DNA of 63,627 nt, filler included, from Octopus bimaculoides (taxonomy: Eukaryota), in NCBI RefSeq assembly GCF_001194135.2. It is 4 parts of 4 records of this genome, joined end to end, with 100 filler letters (N's around TTAATTAATTAA, not from the genome) between each part and the next. Parts side by side here need not be neighbours in the genome. Positions count along the whole stretch, not along the records: positions 48,416 to 62,387 come from NC_068999.1; positions 62,488 to 63,627 come from NW_026408952.1; 2 more parts are not named here. The stretch is one strand, 5' to 3'. Position numbers and translations under genes: made by a program. Below, in pieces: positions 51,499 to 63,627 of this stretch (positions are counted from its first letter, which is position 1; each line of letters opens with the position of its first letter). The notes under the pieces are model-generated. The model did not search any database, had not been told where the DNA came from, and saw only the letters and a program-made list of their open reading frames with translations.

Positions 51499-54400
51499 GT
51501 ATGTATGTATAAGTACAGTAATAAACACCAGAAACATATACATTACACGTAGTGTAAACATCGGAGCAGCGGGGATATGAAGAAATGTGTATGAGAAAGC
51601 AAATATATTATAGAATAATCTAATAATTTTGACAATTTATATAAATATTTGCTTTGTTTTATAACGTGAGAATAAAAACAAAAAACACGTATTTTTGAAA
51701 GAAAAGCAGAATTTTCTAGCATAAAGAGGAAATCAAGATTTATGAGTCTTGTTAAAATATGTATGATAGGTACGTGTTAAATAGTAAATAGCATATGGTT
51801 TTGTTAGGAGAATTTTTTCCAAACGTTCATACGATCAATAAAAACATTACACACGAGTATTTAAATTTGTGCACCAGTAAACACAAACACACGCACACAT
51901 AGCCACACACAGAAACAGGCAAACACGAACACACATACACTCATATGTCTATGTGTAAATTTATGCATTTATTACAGATGTATTATGTCATAACATATTT
52001 ACATTTCAGTACCAATATATATATNNNNNNNNNNNNNNNNNNNNNNNNNNNNNNNNNNNNNNNNNNNNNNNNNNNNNNNNNNNNNNNNNNNNNNNNNNNN
52101 TATATTTGGGTATGGTAGATGAGTTCAGCAAAAATTTAGATTCAGATGAATATGGAACTTAATTCGATGCACCAGAATTTAGTACGGTATACAATGTCAA
52201 AGTAAGGTGATTAAAATCAAAATAAGCAACACGGATAACCAGAGATGCCGGCTGTGTGAGCAACTGGTTATTTTAATGGGGGAAGAAACAGCGGAATTTC
52301 ACTTGAAAAAAGTTTTAAATCGATTTTCTCGCTAACTATGGTGGTTAGGTAAAAAATACAAACTGCATTCCAATCTATGCACCCGTCTCCACATTTGTGT
52401 CATTTTTCACGCGAATCTACGCAGCCGTTTGGTTATAAACTTGAAGACAAGAAAGAATACAACGATCGCCTTCGTCAAATTTATATTATAGAAGATATAC
52501 AGGTATGTATGTATATATATATATATATACACAAGCATATATATATACAGGTATCTGTATATATATATGTGTGTTTATGAGCGTGTTTGTGTGTGCATGT
52601 ATGTATATATGCATATATAGTTTTGTGTGGAAATATATATTGTTTTATTCGTTTTACTTATTTGAAAATATTGGCTAGCCTTGGGTCCCAATCTTAATGT
52701 ACTTTAGTCAATAATATTGACTAAGCATTTTCTCTGAAGTTTAGAACCTACATTATTATCGATGGTTATCATCAGTTACGAAGAGAACATATGCAGAGTG
52801 CTCCGTGCTTTTAGGCGAACAACACTTAAAACAGATATCATAATGCAACCGAAAGGAAAGAGACGCCTGTCGCCACCCACTCATGAGTTATCTCACGCTC
52901 ATATATGGAACTGGAAGACAGAAGACATAAATACTCACAGGTTATATAATATATGCACACATACACACAGAGGTAGACAAAATTGTTCGTGTCTATGCGA
53001 GTGATATTTATGTGTAATACGTTTGTACTACGTAAAAATTTGGATGATAATTCCATTTTATATTCAGTTATATTTTTACGTGGTTTGGAATTTTCAATGT
53101 TCCAGTGTTACTACGGCAAATATTATACTAAAACTGTTATTTGTGTACGTGATTTTAAAATATGTGATCTGTTAATGTAATATTTATATTTAATTGCTTT
53201 TGCCAAATCCAAATGCTTAAGAAATAAATGTCATAAACAGAACGTGTGCAAAATATTTCCATGTTAGTTTGACAAGCATTGCAGAATTAAGGTGCTAAAA
53301 ATTTACCAGCCAAAAGTAAAATATATACATATTAATCGAACGGAAATTTTTACGGTAATTTCCGTGTGTGTCAAGAGCGAATTCAGATTCACAGAAAAAA
53401 ACAAAACAAAACAGGATTACAAATGTTGGTAGTTATAGTATATAATACGTAAAATTATATATATATATATATATATNNNNNNNNNNNNNNNNNNNNNNNN
53501 NNNNNNNNNNNNNNNNNNNNNNNNNNNNNNNNNNNNNNNNNNNNNNNNNNNNNNNNNNNNNNNNNNNNNNNNNNNNNNNNNNNNNNNNNNNNNNNNNNNN
53601 NNNNNNNNNNNNNNNNNNNNNNNNNNNNNNNNNNNNNNNNNNNNNNNNNNNNNNNNNNNNNNNNNNNNNNNNNNNNNNNNNNNNNNNNNNNNNNNNNNNN
53701 NNNNNNNNNNNNNNNNNNNNNNNNNNNNNNNNNNNNNNNNNNNNNNNNNNNNNNNNNNNNNNNNNNNNNNNNNNNNNNNNNNNNNNNNNNNNNNNNNNNN
53801 NNNNNNNNNNNNNNNNNNNNNNNNNNNNNNNNNNNNNNNNNNNNNNNNNNNNNNNNNNNNNNNNNNNNNNNNNNNNNNNNNNNNNNNNNNNNNNNNNNNN
53901 NNNNNNNNNNNNNNNNNNNNNNNNNNNNNNNNNNNNNNNNNNNNNNNNNNNNNNNNNNNNNNNNNNNNNNNNNNNNNNNNNNNNNNNNNNNNNNNNNNNN
54001 NNNNNNNNNNNNNNNNNNNNNNNNNNNNNNNNNNNNNNNNNNNNNNNNNNNNNNNNNNNNTATATATATATATATATGTATATATATAATACAGAATTGG
54101 ACAAGAACAGAAAGCAGCCAGACAGTTAGGTGTTTTGTTCCTTTCTTGTATCACCTAACTGTCTGGATGTTTTGTGTTCTTTTCCAAATCTTTATTATTC
54201 ACACACACACACACAAACACACCCACACACACACACATACACACAACCACCCCCACCACACACCCACACACATATTCACAGAAGATATGTTTTTTTTTCT
54301 CTTCGTGGGTGTGTATTTTCGTGCTACTGATATAAGAAAAGGTATACGGTAGCTATGCCATAAAATCTTTGCAGCGTAAAATGTGGATGTAGTCAAGTCT

Positions 54401-54819
54401 GTGTTTCTAATGCTAGTTTAAAGGAAACAACTTTGGGTGAGAATAACATCACCAGATACTTTTATAAAAAGCGCCCCAAGTGTCGCCAATCGATAATGGC
54501 TTTAGGATACTTAACGTACATCACTACGCGCATACACATGTGTACAAAATGTTATGTAATAAAGCAGTAGTATATTTTAAAACACGTTTCAAATGTCTCC
54601 TGGCTATACATCTGATCATAAATTTTCAGGTTATTCTAAATGTAATTTTCAATGAAATGTAACACTAAAATAATATCACTATATAGAATAAGACGGAAAT
54701 TCGTTTCTGATGTCCTTAGGAAAAGTATATACATTATAATATCGCATTCCTTCCAAAATTTCGCTTGTTATTATATGAATTTATGAATGAAAGCATGTCT
54801 CCAAATTCTTAACTCTTTG

Positions 54820-55240
54820 AAAGACTGGACTGCAGCCATGCGGGGTTCCCAACTTTTTGGTTTTTAGACGGGCAGATCTACCCAGGTAATAATTTTTCAA
54901 ATGTTTCTTACTAATTCTATTGATGGCTTATGGCGAACTGCAAAGTTGCGAGGATGTAGAAACACTAAAACCGGTTGTTAAGCGTTATACCCCGAGACAT
55001 ACAGACATTCGCACACACCCAAGCAAAGCACACATATACACACGTACATAAACACATACACACACTCACACCCAATCGGGCTTCATTCAGTTATACTCCA
55101 ACCAAATTTACTCATTAATTCGTTAGTCATACATCGATCCGAAGCTATAGTAGAAGACTCGGCTAATGAGCGCGGTACAAGTAATACTGAACCTAAAAAC
55201 GCTTGGTTTGAAAACCTGCTTCTTATCCTCACGTCTATCC
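54820..55240 (-). mobile_element. Old, decayed group B SINE
   Basis: gactgcagccatgc tail, (CA)-rich middle and gctatagtagaagac core. Confidence 0.45.
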
Positions 55241-57361
55241 ATGCTCCTATTATAATAATGAAACAAGTTAAAAATACTGCAACGCAATTTTTTTGACCTT
55301 TCCAAAATTTTCCATCTGTATTTTGTACTTAATGACATTTATGGGGTATTTTGAAAATGAAATTCTGTTTCATCTTCACCATCACCATCTTCATCATCAT
55401 CATCGTCATCATCGTCACCATCATCATCAACAACAACAATACCAGCATCGCCACCGCCGCTGGCACACCACCACCGTCACGCAACCACCAACACCATCAC
55501 CAAAACCATTAATCTTCATCATCATTGACAACATCATTAAGAAAAATGTTCAATGGAATCGATACCGAAACTACCCATGATGAAGAACATCATTATCATT
55601 ATCAACATATCGTCTATGATGATACTGATAAATATAATTACCGTCATCATTATGGTCACGATCATTAAAGAAAACATCGTTCTCGGCGTCGTCATCCTTG
55701 TCATCGCGAATTCATGATGATGATGATGAGGATGATAATCATCATCATCATTATCATCATTGTGGTCGTCGACGTCATCATCTTTTCCACCACCAAGAAC
55801 AACAATAGCGTCACTAATATTATTACCGCTTTTATAATCACCACCTTCAACGTCACCATCTTCACCACCAGCAGCAGCAGCTGCTGCAGATTCCCTCCTC
55901 CTCTTCCTCCCTCACCTCGTCATCATCGTCGTCGTCGTCGTCGTCATCGTCAACATTATCATGAACATGATCATCATATTCATTATTGGACAAAGGTAAC
56001 AACTATCGGAATGACATTAATCACAAGACAAGTAAAATAGATTGAATATAATTGCTAATAATTTTGCATTTCTTCAATTAGAAGTTGAAATCAGGTTGCA
56101 TAAATATCCTACGGCAAATTATCTACACAGATTGTGCACATATATTGATGTAGATGCCGAGATATAGATAATTTGATAGATAGCAACACAGATATATATA
56201 TNNNNNNNNNNNNNNNNNNNNNNNNNNNNNNNNNNNNNNNNNNNNNNNNNNNNNNNNNNNNNNNNNNNNNNNNNNNNNNNNNNNNNNNNNNNNNNNNNNN
56301 NNNNNNNNNNNNNNNNNNNNNNNNNNNNNNNNNNNNNNNNNNNNNNNNNNNNNNNNNNNNNNNNNNNNNNNNNNNNNNNNNNNNNNNNNNNNNNNNNNNN
56401 NNNNNNNNNNNNNNNNNNNNNNNNNNNNNNNNNNNNNNNNNNNNNNNNNNNNNNNNNNNNNNNNNNNNNNNNNNNNNNTATATATATATATATATATATA
56501 TATCCATAGATAGATAGATAGACAGATAGATTGATACATAGATACATAGATAGACAGACAGACAAACAGACAGACAGATAGGTAGATAGATAGCTAGGTA
56601 GAAAAAAAAAGATAAACAGACAGATGAATAGATTGATAGAACGACGGACAGTCAAACATAAAGATAGGTAGACAGATTGATAGATAGATAAATAGATAGA
56701 TAGATAGACAGACAGACAGATTCAGTTATAGATGGATGGACAGATCTTAGAAGACATTCTCATATTATGTTGCAATATGTGGAATATTAGTTAGTCAGTT
56801 GTTACAACTGCTACTAGTTGCACATCTATTTCTACCATCCCTGCATTTCTGTGTTAACAGCATTGCTTAAAACACTGGTCTCTTTTCTATGTCATTAACA
56901 CATTGTTTGGACTGAATGATGAAGTCGATAAAAACTAGAGATCAAAGCAGTAATATCTTAAAGGAAAAAATGTCAGGATGTCATTACGGTCTAACGAATA
57001 AAAATGTTTGACTTCTAGTCGATAGTAAAGTCTTTTCGACTAGTTAATCAATATTCCTGAAAGTTGCTTTCAATTCTTTGTCTATAAGTCTTTGATAACC
57101 TTTCAACTTAGTATATAACAGAATAACAAACAATATTGTTACCCGGAGAAAACAAATATATAAAAAAATGTAAAAAAAAAAAGAAGGAAAATGAAAATGT
57201 ATCAGGATACGCAATTTGTGTTGGTGTGTATGTGTGTGTATACGCCTGTGTGTATTGATGGATAATTGTTCTGTGTGTTTCACTATACGTGAGAGTCTGT
57301 GTGGGGGTTTTATATATGTATACAAACGTGTATACATATATACATATATGTATATATATGA

Positions 57362-57415
<54 letters not shown>

Positions 57416-57833
57416 CTTTGTATAGGGTGTGTATGGGTGCATGCATCNNNNNNNNNNNNNNNNNNNNNNNNNNNNNNNNNNNNNNNNNNNNNNNNNNNNN
57501 NNNNNNNNNNNNNNNNNNNNNNNNNNNNNNNNNNNNNNNNNNNNNNNNNNNNNNNNNNNNNNNNNNNNNNNNNNNNNNNNNNNNNNNNNNNNNNNNNNNN
57601 NNNNNNNNNNNNNNNNNNNNNNNNNNNNNNNNNNNNNNNNNNNNNNNNNNNNNNNNNNNNNNNNNNNNNNNNNNNNNNNNNNNNNNNNNNNNNNNNNNNN
57701 NNNNNNNNNNNNNNNNNNNNNNNNNNNNNNNNNNNNNNNNNNNNNNNNNNNNNNNNNNNNNNNNNNNNNNNNNNNNNNNNNNNNNNNNNNNNNNNNNNNN
57801 NNNNNNNNNNNNNNNNNNNNNNNNNNNNNNNNN

Positions 57834-57865
<32 letters not shown>

Positions 57866-57891
57866 CATATATACATACATCTTACACATAA

Positions 57892-57925
<34 letters not shown>

Positions 57926-59032
57926 CTTTGTATAGGGTGTGTATGGGTGCATGCATCTGTTTGTGCGTGTATGTGTGTGCGTGTGTGTGTGCGTGTGCGT
58001 GTGCGTGCGTGTGTGAATATGTGTAGATATTCGCTCGCATTGAAATTTGAGATTCGTCTAATGTTTTGTATATAAACTTATCCATGTCAGTAGGTCAAAC
58101 TGTACCATTGAAGTGTGAATTAAAATACACTGTAACTTCCAAATTGCAAATAATTTCTATAGCCCACAGAGATGTTCTGTAGATACTGTAAATCTTGTTA
58201 ACTCCTTTGTACATATTACGTTGAGACAGAGACACAAAACATCGCACGGATGCGTACATTACTACATACGTAAGTATATGCCACTTTGTGTGTGTATATA
58301 TGTAAACATATACATACATATGAAAGTATACACCCATGTCCATACATCCCTAAATATACATACCTAAAGAAATACAATTATACATACACACATACATACA
58401 TACGTACATTCATATATATATATATATATATATATATAAACACAGACATATATATACGTATATATATATGCATATANNNNNNNNNNNNNNNNNNNNNNNN
58501 NNNNNNNNNNNNNNNNNNNNNNNNNNNNNNNNNNNNNNNNNNNNNNNNNNNNNNNNNNNNNNNNNNNNNNNNNNNNNNNNNNNNNNNNNNNNNNNNNNNN
58601 NNNNNNNNNNNNNNNNNNNNNNNNNNNNNNNNNNNNNNNNNNNNNNNNNNNNNNNNNNNNNNNNNNNNNNNATATATATATATATATATATATATATACA
58701 AATATAACTCTCTCACACACACATACACACAGACACATATACATATTCAGAAAATTTTGTTTACTTATTTTAAGCGGAACAGCTTTATATAAGTTATTCG
58801 TGGAAGTTAAATAAATATCAAAAAAGCTGCTGCTGCTGCTACTAAAACTACTGCTACTACTACCATTACTACTGCTGCTGCTGCTTCTATTAACGATAAT
58901 ATTAATAATTATGATGACGATAATGATGATGACGATGACGAGTATGATGATGATAAAAATAATAATAATAATAATAACAACAACAATAATAATACGAATA
59001 ATATTAATAATAATGATAATGATAATAAAAAA

Positions 59033-59099
<67 letters not shown>

Positions 59100-60060
59100 G
59101 AGTACTGGACATATCTTTTTCGAAGATTTTGACATTTGATATCTGATGTTGCCCTTTTATTTTGCAGATATCGCTCAGACAGTATGTGTGAATGGTTTGA
59201 AATGTTTTATGTCTGTAGCAGAGAGTCCATGGTTCGGACACATAGAAGAATGTGTTCAAAATACAGGATTTGTATGCACTTGCTCCAGTTCTCAGATTGA
59301 CACTGTGTCCATCCCACAAACGATGGGAAAGTTTCCCTAAGGCACGAGTAGTTTAGATATTCTTAAATTGATTTTCTCATCAAGCGTAATATTTTTTCGT
59401 CATCAAGTTTACTGTACTTCCAAGATATTAAGACGAACTGATCCATTTGCGTCTCTTGTTGTCAAACATCACGCTTGAATCTCGATTATATTCTGATCCA
59501 GGCTTTGGTTGGAATAAAACTTCAGTTTCTAGAAGCAGATAGCCAGTCTAAATGCACGATCTGTCGCAGCAAACCTTTCAACCGTTTGCTGAATTCCCTC
59601 GAATGTATATGAATCGGGGTACAATCCTCGGCAGGCAAAAGACGAGAAAACGCCCGTCGTGGTATTTTCTTTTATCTGAAATTTCGCCGTTTCAGATCTA
59701 GTGGACGTTCTTCCGTGCGAAACTGGAATTTTATACCTTTCTGTTAATCTCTGAAAGAATGTTGGATCATCACTGAAAAGAATATGATAAAAAGTGCAGG
59801 AATTAAAACACAACTCTCTTTGGTTCCTGTGGCAATAGAAAATGCTTCTGAACATCGAAGGATAGATAGCACTGTTGCCATCATTCCTTAATGCAGGGAT
59901 ACTATTACCCTTGTCATTTCGGGAAGATCAACATTTTAGAAAATTCTGCAAAATTCCTCACGATTCACAGTATCAAAGCCGAAAGCAATAAAGACCACGG
60001 AAACAAAATAATGACATCTCATGGTCTTTATTGATTTCTTTATCTTGAACAAGAATTTGA
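59100..60060 (-). pseudogene. Degenerate RTE LINE reverse-transcriptase and C-terminal region
   Basis: In correct order: FDTVNRE..LPEM..SLH*GMMATV / QQTVERFAAT..AF / ETEVLFQPKP / YLGSTV / LDEKINLRISK..ALGKL..RLWD / YKSCILNTFFYVSEPWT..CL..I..QISN. Confidence 0.8.
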
Positions 60061-60079
60061 GAATGAATGAAACTGAAAA

Positions 60080-60265
60080 TAGGTGAATAAAGGAAAGAAT
60101 GCATAGAAATGTTCACAGGGATGTTGAAGATAAGACAGACGGAGAAGAAAAGATGGCTGTGGATGACTAAAAGCGATTTAAAACCGGAAATGGAGGCTCT
60201 AATCTATGCTGCCCAAGACCAAGCATTAAGAACCAATTACATCAAATATAGAATAGACAAAGTGA
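60080..60265 (+). pseudogene. R4/Dong-like fragment (post-RT region)
   Basis: WLWMTKSDLKPEMEALIYAAQDQALRTNYIKYRIDK. Confidence 0.75.
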
Positions 60266-60787
60266 TACGTGCAGAGGTTATGGACAAAATGGTGAAACGG
60301 TATGGCATATTACCAGATGGAATATCACCAGATTAGGTAAATCTTAGTAGATATCCTATTAATCGAAAAATCTAAAATCAATATGAACATGAGGTTTTAT
60401 TTGCAGGTAGATGTATTATATAATGGTTAAAACTATCTTAATTTAAGTTCATATCTTAGCAATCTGTGATTAATATATTTTTTCAAAAGTTATTTGGTAA
60501 TACTAAGTTAAAGATACTACGTATTAATTCAATAATGTTTTAATTTGTAGTTAAGTAATTTTGATATGTTAACGTTAGTGCTTTCCTCAAATAGGCTCGT
60601 GTGTATCTGTTCACACTATTATGTAAACAAATACATTGTGTTCAAATATTGCTGACGTAATATTCATCTATAGTAATTAGTAAGCAGTTTTCGTTCGTCA
60701 TCATCTACAAGCTTTCAACAGATTAGCACACGCGCGCAGAACTATGTAAAGTAAATATTACATACAAGATACTATGGTTTTAAAATA

Positions 60788-60850
60788 TCATAATAATAAT
60801 AATAATCATAATAACAATAATATTAATAATAATAATATTATTATTATTAT

Positions 60851-60892
<42 letters not shown>

Positions 60893-60906
60893 TGATGATG
60901 ACAATA

Positions 60907-60952
<46 letters not shown>

Positions 60953-60996
60953 CAATAATAATAATAATAACAATAATAATATTAATAATATTAATA

Positions 60997-61087
<91 letters not shown>

Positions 61088-61110
61088 TAATAATAATAAT
61101 AACAACAATT
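60788..61110. repeat. (AAT)n/(GAT)n compound microsatellite; similar triplet arrays at 41435-41522 (CTT)n, 43135-43192, 43501-43635, 44045-44240, 58905-59100 and 63465-63627 (TAG)n
   Basis: Seen directly in the sequence. Confidence 0.95.
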
Positions 61111-63183
61111 TGTTATTTAGCTATACTTTCTAGATTGCAACTGGGTGACTTATAATTAAATTTCCTAAGTAATTAAATGCTTTAATGACATTCCGATTTA
61201 TTATAAGCGCTAGTGTAATTTAGGAATAATCATTTTTTTTTGTTTTTGCTTTTAGTCTAAAGTAATCGTATCGAAATATCGTTTAAACTACCTAACGAAT
61301 ATTTCGTTTTTGGTTTCTCAAAGCAATACACACGAACGCGCACACATGCATTAAACAACTTTGCATTTACAAATACAATAGTAACTGTTTTTTTTTTTCA
61401 AATACACTAGTTGCTGAAACGCTGATATCTGAGTCTATCAAGGGTCAAACAATACATTGGAATGTAGCTACTTTCTCTCAAATTCTCTTCCTGATGAAAT
61501 TCCCGAGTTATAATATTCAATATGGAGATTTAATTTAATTAATTTCTCAAATTGATTCACTTTGGCATGGAAACAGCTGTAGGTGAAATTGAGTTTGATA
61601 TTGTTCAGAATTGTAATATATTCTAATAAAATTATGTATGCATGTCGTACGAGGAATAATTGTCAGCTCATTATAGCTGTTTCTTACGCATATTTTTAAT
61701 AGAAGAATGAGAACATTACTCCATTACAAAAAAACAGTAACCATCAGATGAAAATTAATTTTACAAACACAAACATATCTCAAGAATACTGGTTGTAGAC
61801 TGTTGTGGTCAGCTATGAAATGGGAGAATGACCAACAAATTTGGCCGTTGGGGGTAAAAATATAGCTTGTGAAAGGGTATAATTTGATATATAAGGTTAG
61901 CGACTAAGGTGGGATAGGAATCAGTTAGACCCTGCATATTTGATCATGTGAACAAATATGTACAACGAATGAGAAATATAAGGTTGTATTTGCCACTATA
62001 GGAACAGCATTGAACATAGGACTCTTCCGAAGCCTCGGTATAGTGCTAAAATCTACGAGAACGTTTGAAACTTCAAGATGAATTTAGCTGTATTCTTTGA
62101 ATCATGTTATAACACTACTCGCTTTAAGAATACTTGTATATACAAACAAGCACACACAAACACACACACAAGCACACAGCCACACGCATACACATTTAAA
62201 TACACACACAAGTGAGTGTATGTATACAAGCATTGTTTCATATACACACGCCTCTGCATGTATTCAAGACTAAACCCCATGAATGTATGTGAGTGTTTGA
62301 ATAACGATGCTTACATACATACGACATATATAAATACACAAACACATCACATACAATCATTCATATATATATATATATATATATATANNNNNNNNNNNNN
62401 NNNNNNNNNNNNNNNNNNNNNNNNNNNNNNNTTAATTAATTAANNNNNNNNNNNNNNNNNNNNNNNNNNNNNNNNNNNNNNNNNNNNTATATATGCACGC
62501 AAACAAAACAAATAGTCGAATAAATAAAACTAGAAAATATGTATGTATTGAAGGAGTAAAGAAGAAACAATAAAGATATAAAGTAAAATAAAATATATAT
62601 AAGAATGAGGTGCGTGAAAAGGAAAGAAAGAAGAGAAAGAAAGAAAGAACGTAAAAGAGAATACAACGTAAAAAGGTAAAAGAATAGAAAGGAACACGAA
62701 GAAAAGCAGAAAATGTAGGGGTTGGGAGGAATAGGGGAATGAGATAAAGAATTAAAGTTTGAAAGGAAGAAACAATTGGCTTTGGAAGAAAGAACGAGAG
62801 GAAGAAGGAAAAAGAAAGAAAGGGAGAAAGAAGGAAAGGATGAAATAAATAAATGTAAGACAAATGAAAGAGAATTGAAGTGAAAGAGATATAAATGTAA
62901 AAAAGCGTGGTACCTGTATAAGGTGTGTGAGTGAAGGAACAAATATGTAAATATGCAAGAGAATGAAATTGAGAAAGTGGAGGAAGGATAGGATGAGAAG
63001 AAAGGAATGAAGAAAGAAAGGAAAAGATAGACAGACAGAACGATTGATAGAGAGGGAGAGAGAGAACGAGAGAGAGAGATTGATAGATAGACCGATAGAT
63101 AGATATATCGATAGGTAGATATGTAGGCAGGTAGATATGTAGGTAGGTAGATATATATAGGTACGTAGGTAGGTAAATACACT

Positions 63184-63233
<50 letters not shown>

Positions 63234-63464
63234 ACAGAAATTATGAATTACGAGGAAAAGGAAAGTCGAGGTAAGCGAATGAATGAACGAAAGAAAGAGA
63301 GGAAGACAGAAACAAAGAAAGAAAGAAACAAAGAAAGAAAGAAAGTAAGTAAGAAAGAAAGAAAGAATTAGGAATAAGTGACGAAACAAAATAAAATGAA
63401 TAATAAAAACAATTATCTTCGAACTAAAACGAAAACAATAGCAACAACTACAGAAACTAGAAAC

Positions 63465-63523
<59 letters not shown>

Positions 63524-63594
63524 CAGCAGCAGCAGTAGTAGTAGCAGTAGTAGTAGTAGTAGTAAAAGTAAGTAGTAAGTAGTAGTAGTTGTAA

Positions 63595-63627
<33 letters not shown>

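Noticed and set aside
52200-52500. Possible R4 knuckle (RCRLCEQ) and a Helitron/HINE-like end
   Set aside because: Too short and single-copy in the window to support.
57385-57957. Identical ~60-bp sequence on both sides of a gap
   Set aside because: Typical scaffolding overlap artefact.

Overview
This is AT-rich, gap-ridden animal genomic DNA, not prokaryotic: there is no CRISPR array or operon. The microsatellite density and SINE types suggest an octopus or other coleoid cephalopod (inference). Only one host gene is well supported, on the minus strand. Two in-phase exons (13127-13542 and 100-450) are joined across a ~12.7-kb GT-AG intron and encode ~255 aa of Ser/Gly/Tyr/Arg-rich low-complexity protein that I cannot name; the gene continues past the left edge and its upstream exon(s) were not found. 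The rest is intronic or intergenic repeat landscape: at least four tRNA-type SINE groups with swapped 3' modules, RTE LINE relics, R4/Dong-like RLE non-LTR relics in (TAA)n arrays, a Penelope-like fragment, a fold-back mariner, Tigger-, hAT- and mariner-type MITEs, and a solitary 5S rRNA copy with compensatory stem changes. Most ORFs in the supplied track are microsatellite or N-gap artefacts. I did not find a clearly new biological system. The best leads are the structure-preserving 5S variant, the Tyr/Arg 'sticker' protein, inverted repeats that could form dsRNA in the pre-mRNA, the 5'-5' mariner and a small CRE/CpG island at 36.4 kb. Repeat boundaries are approximate and family names come from motif recognition, not database searches.
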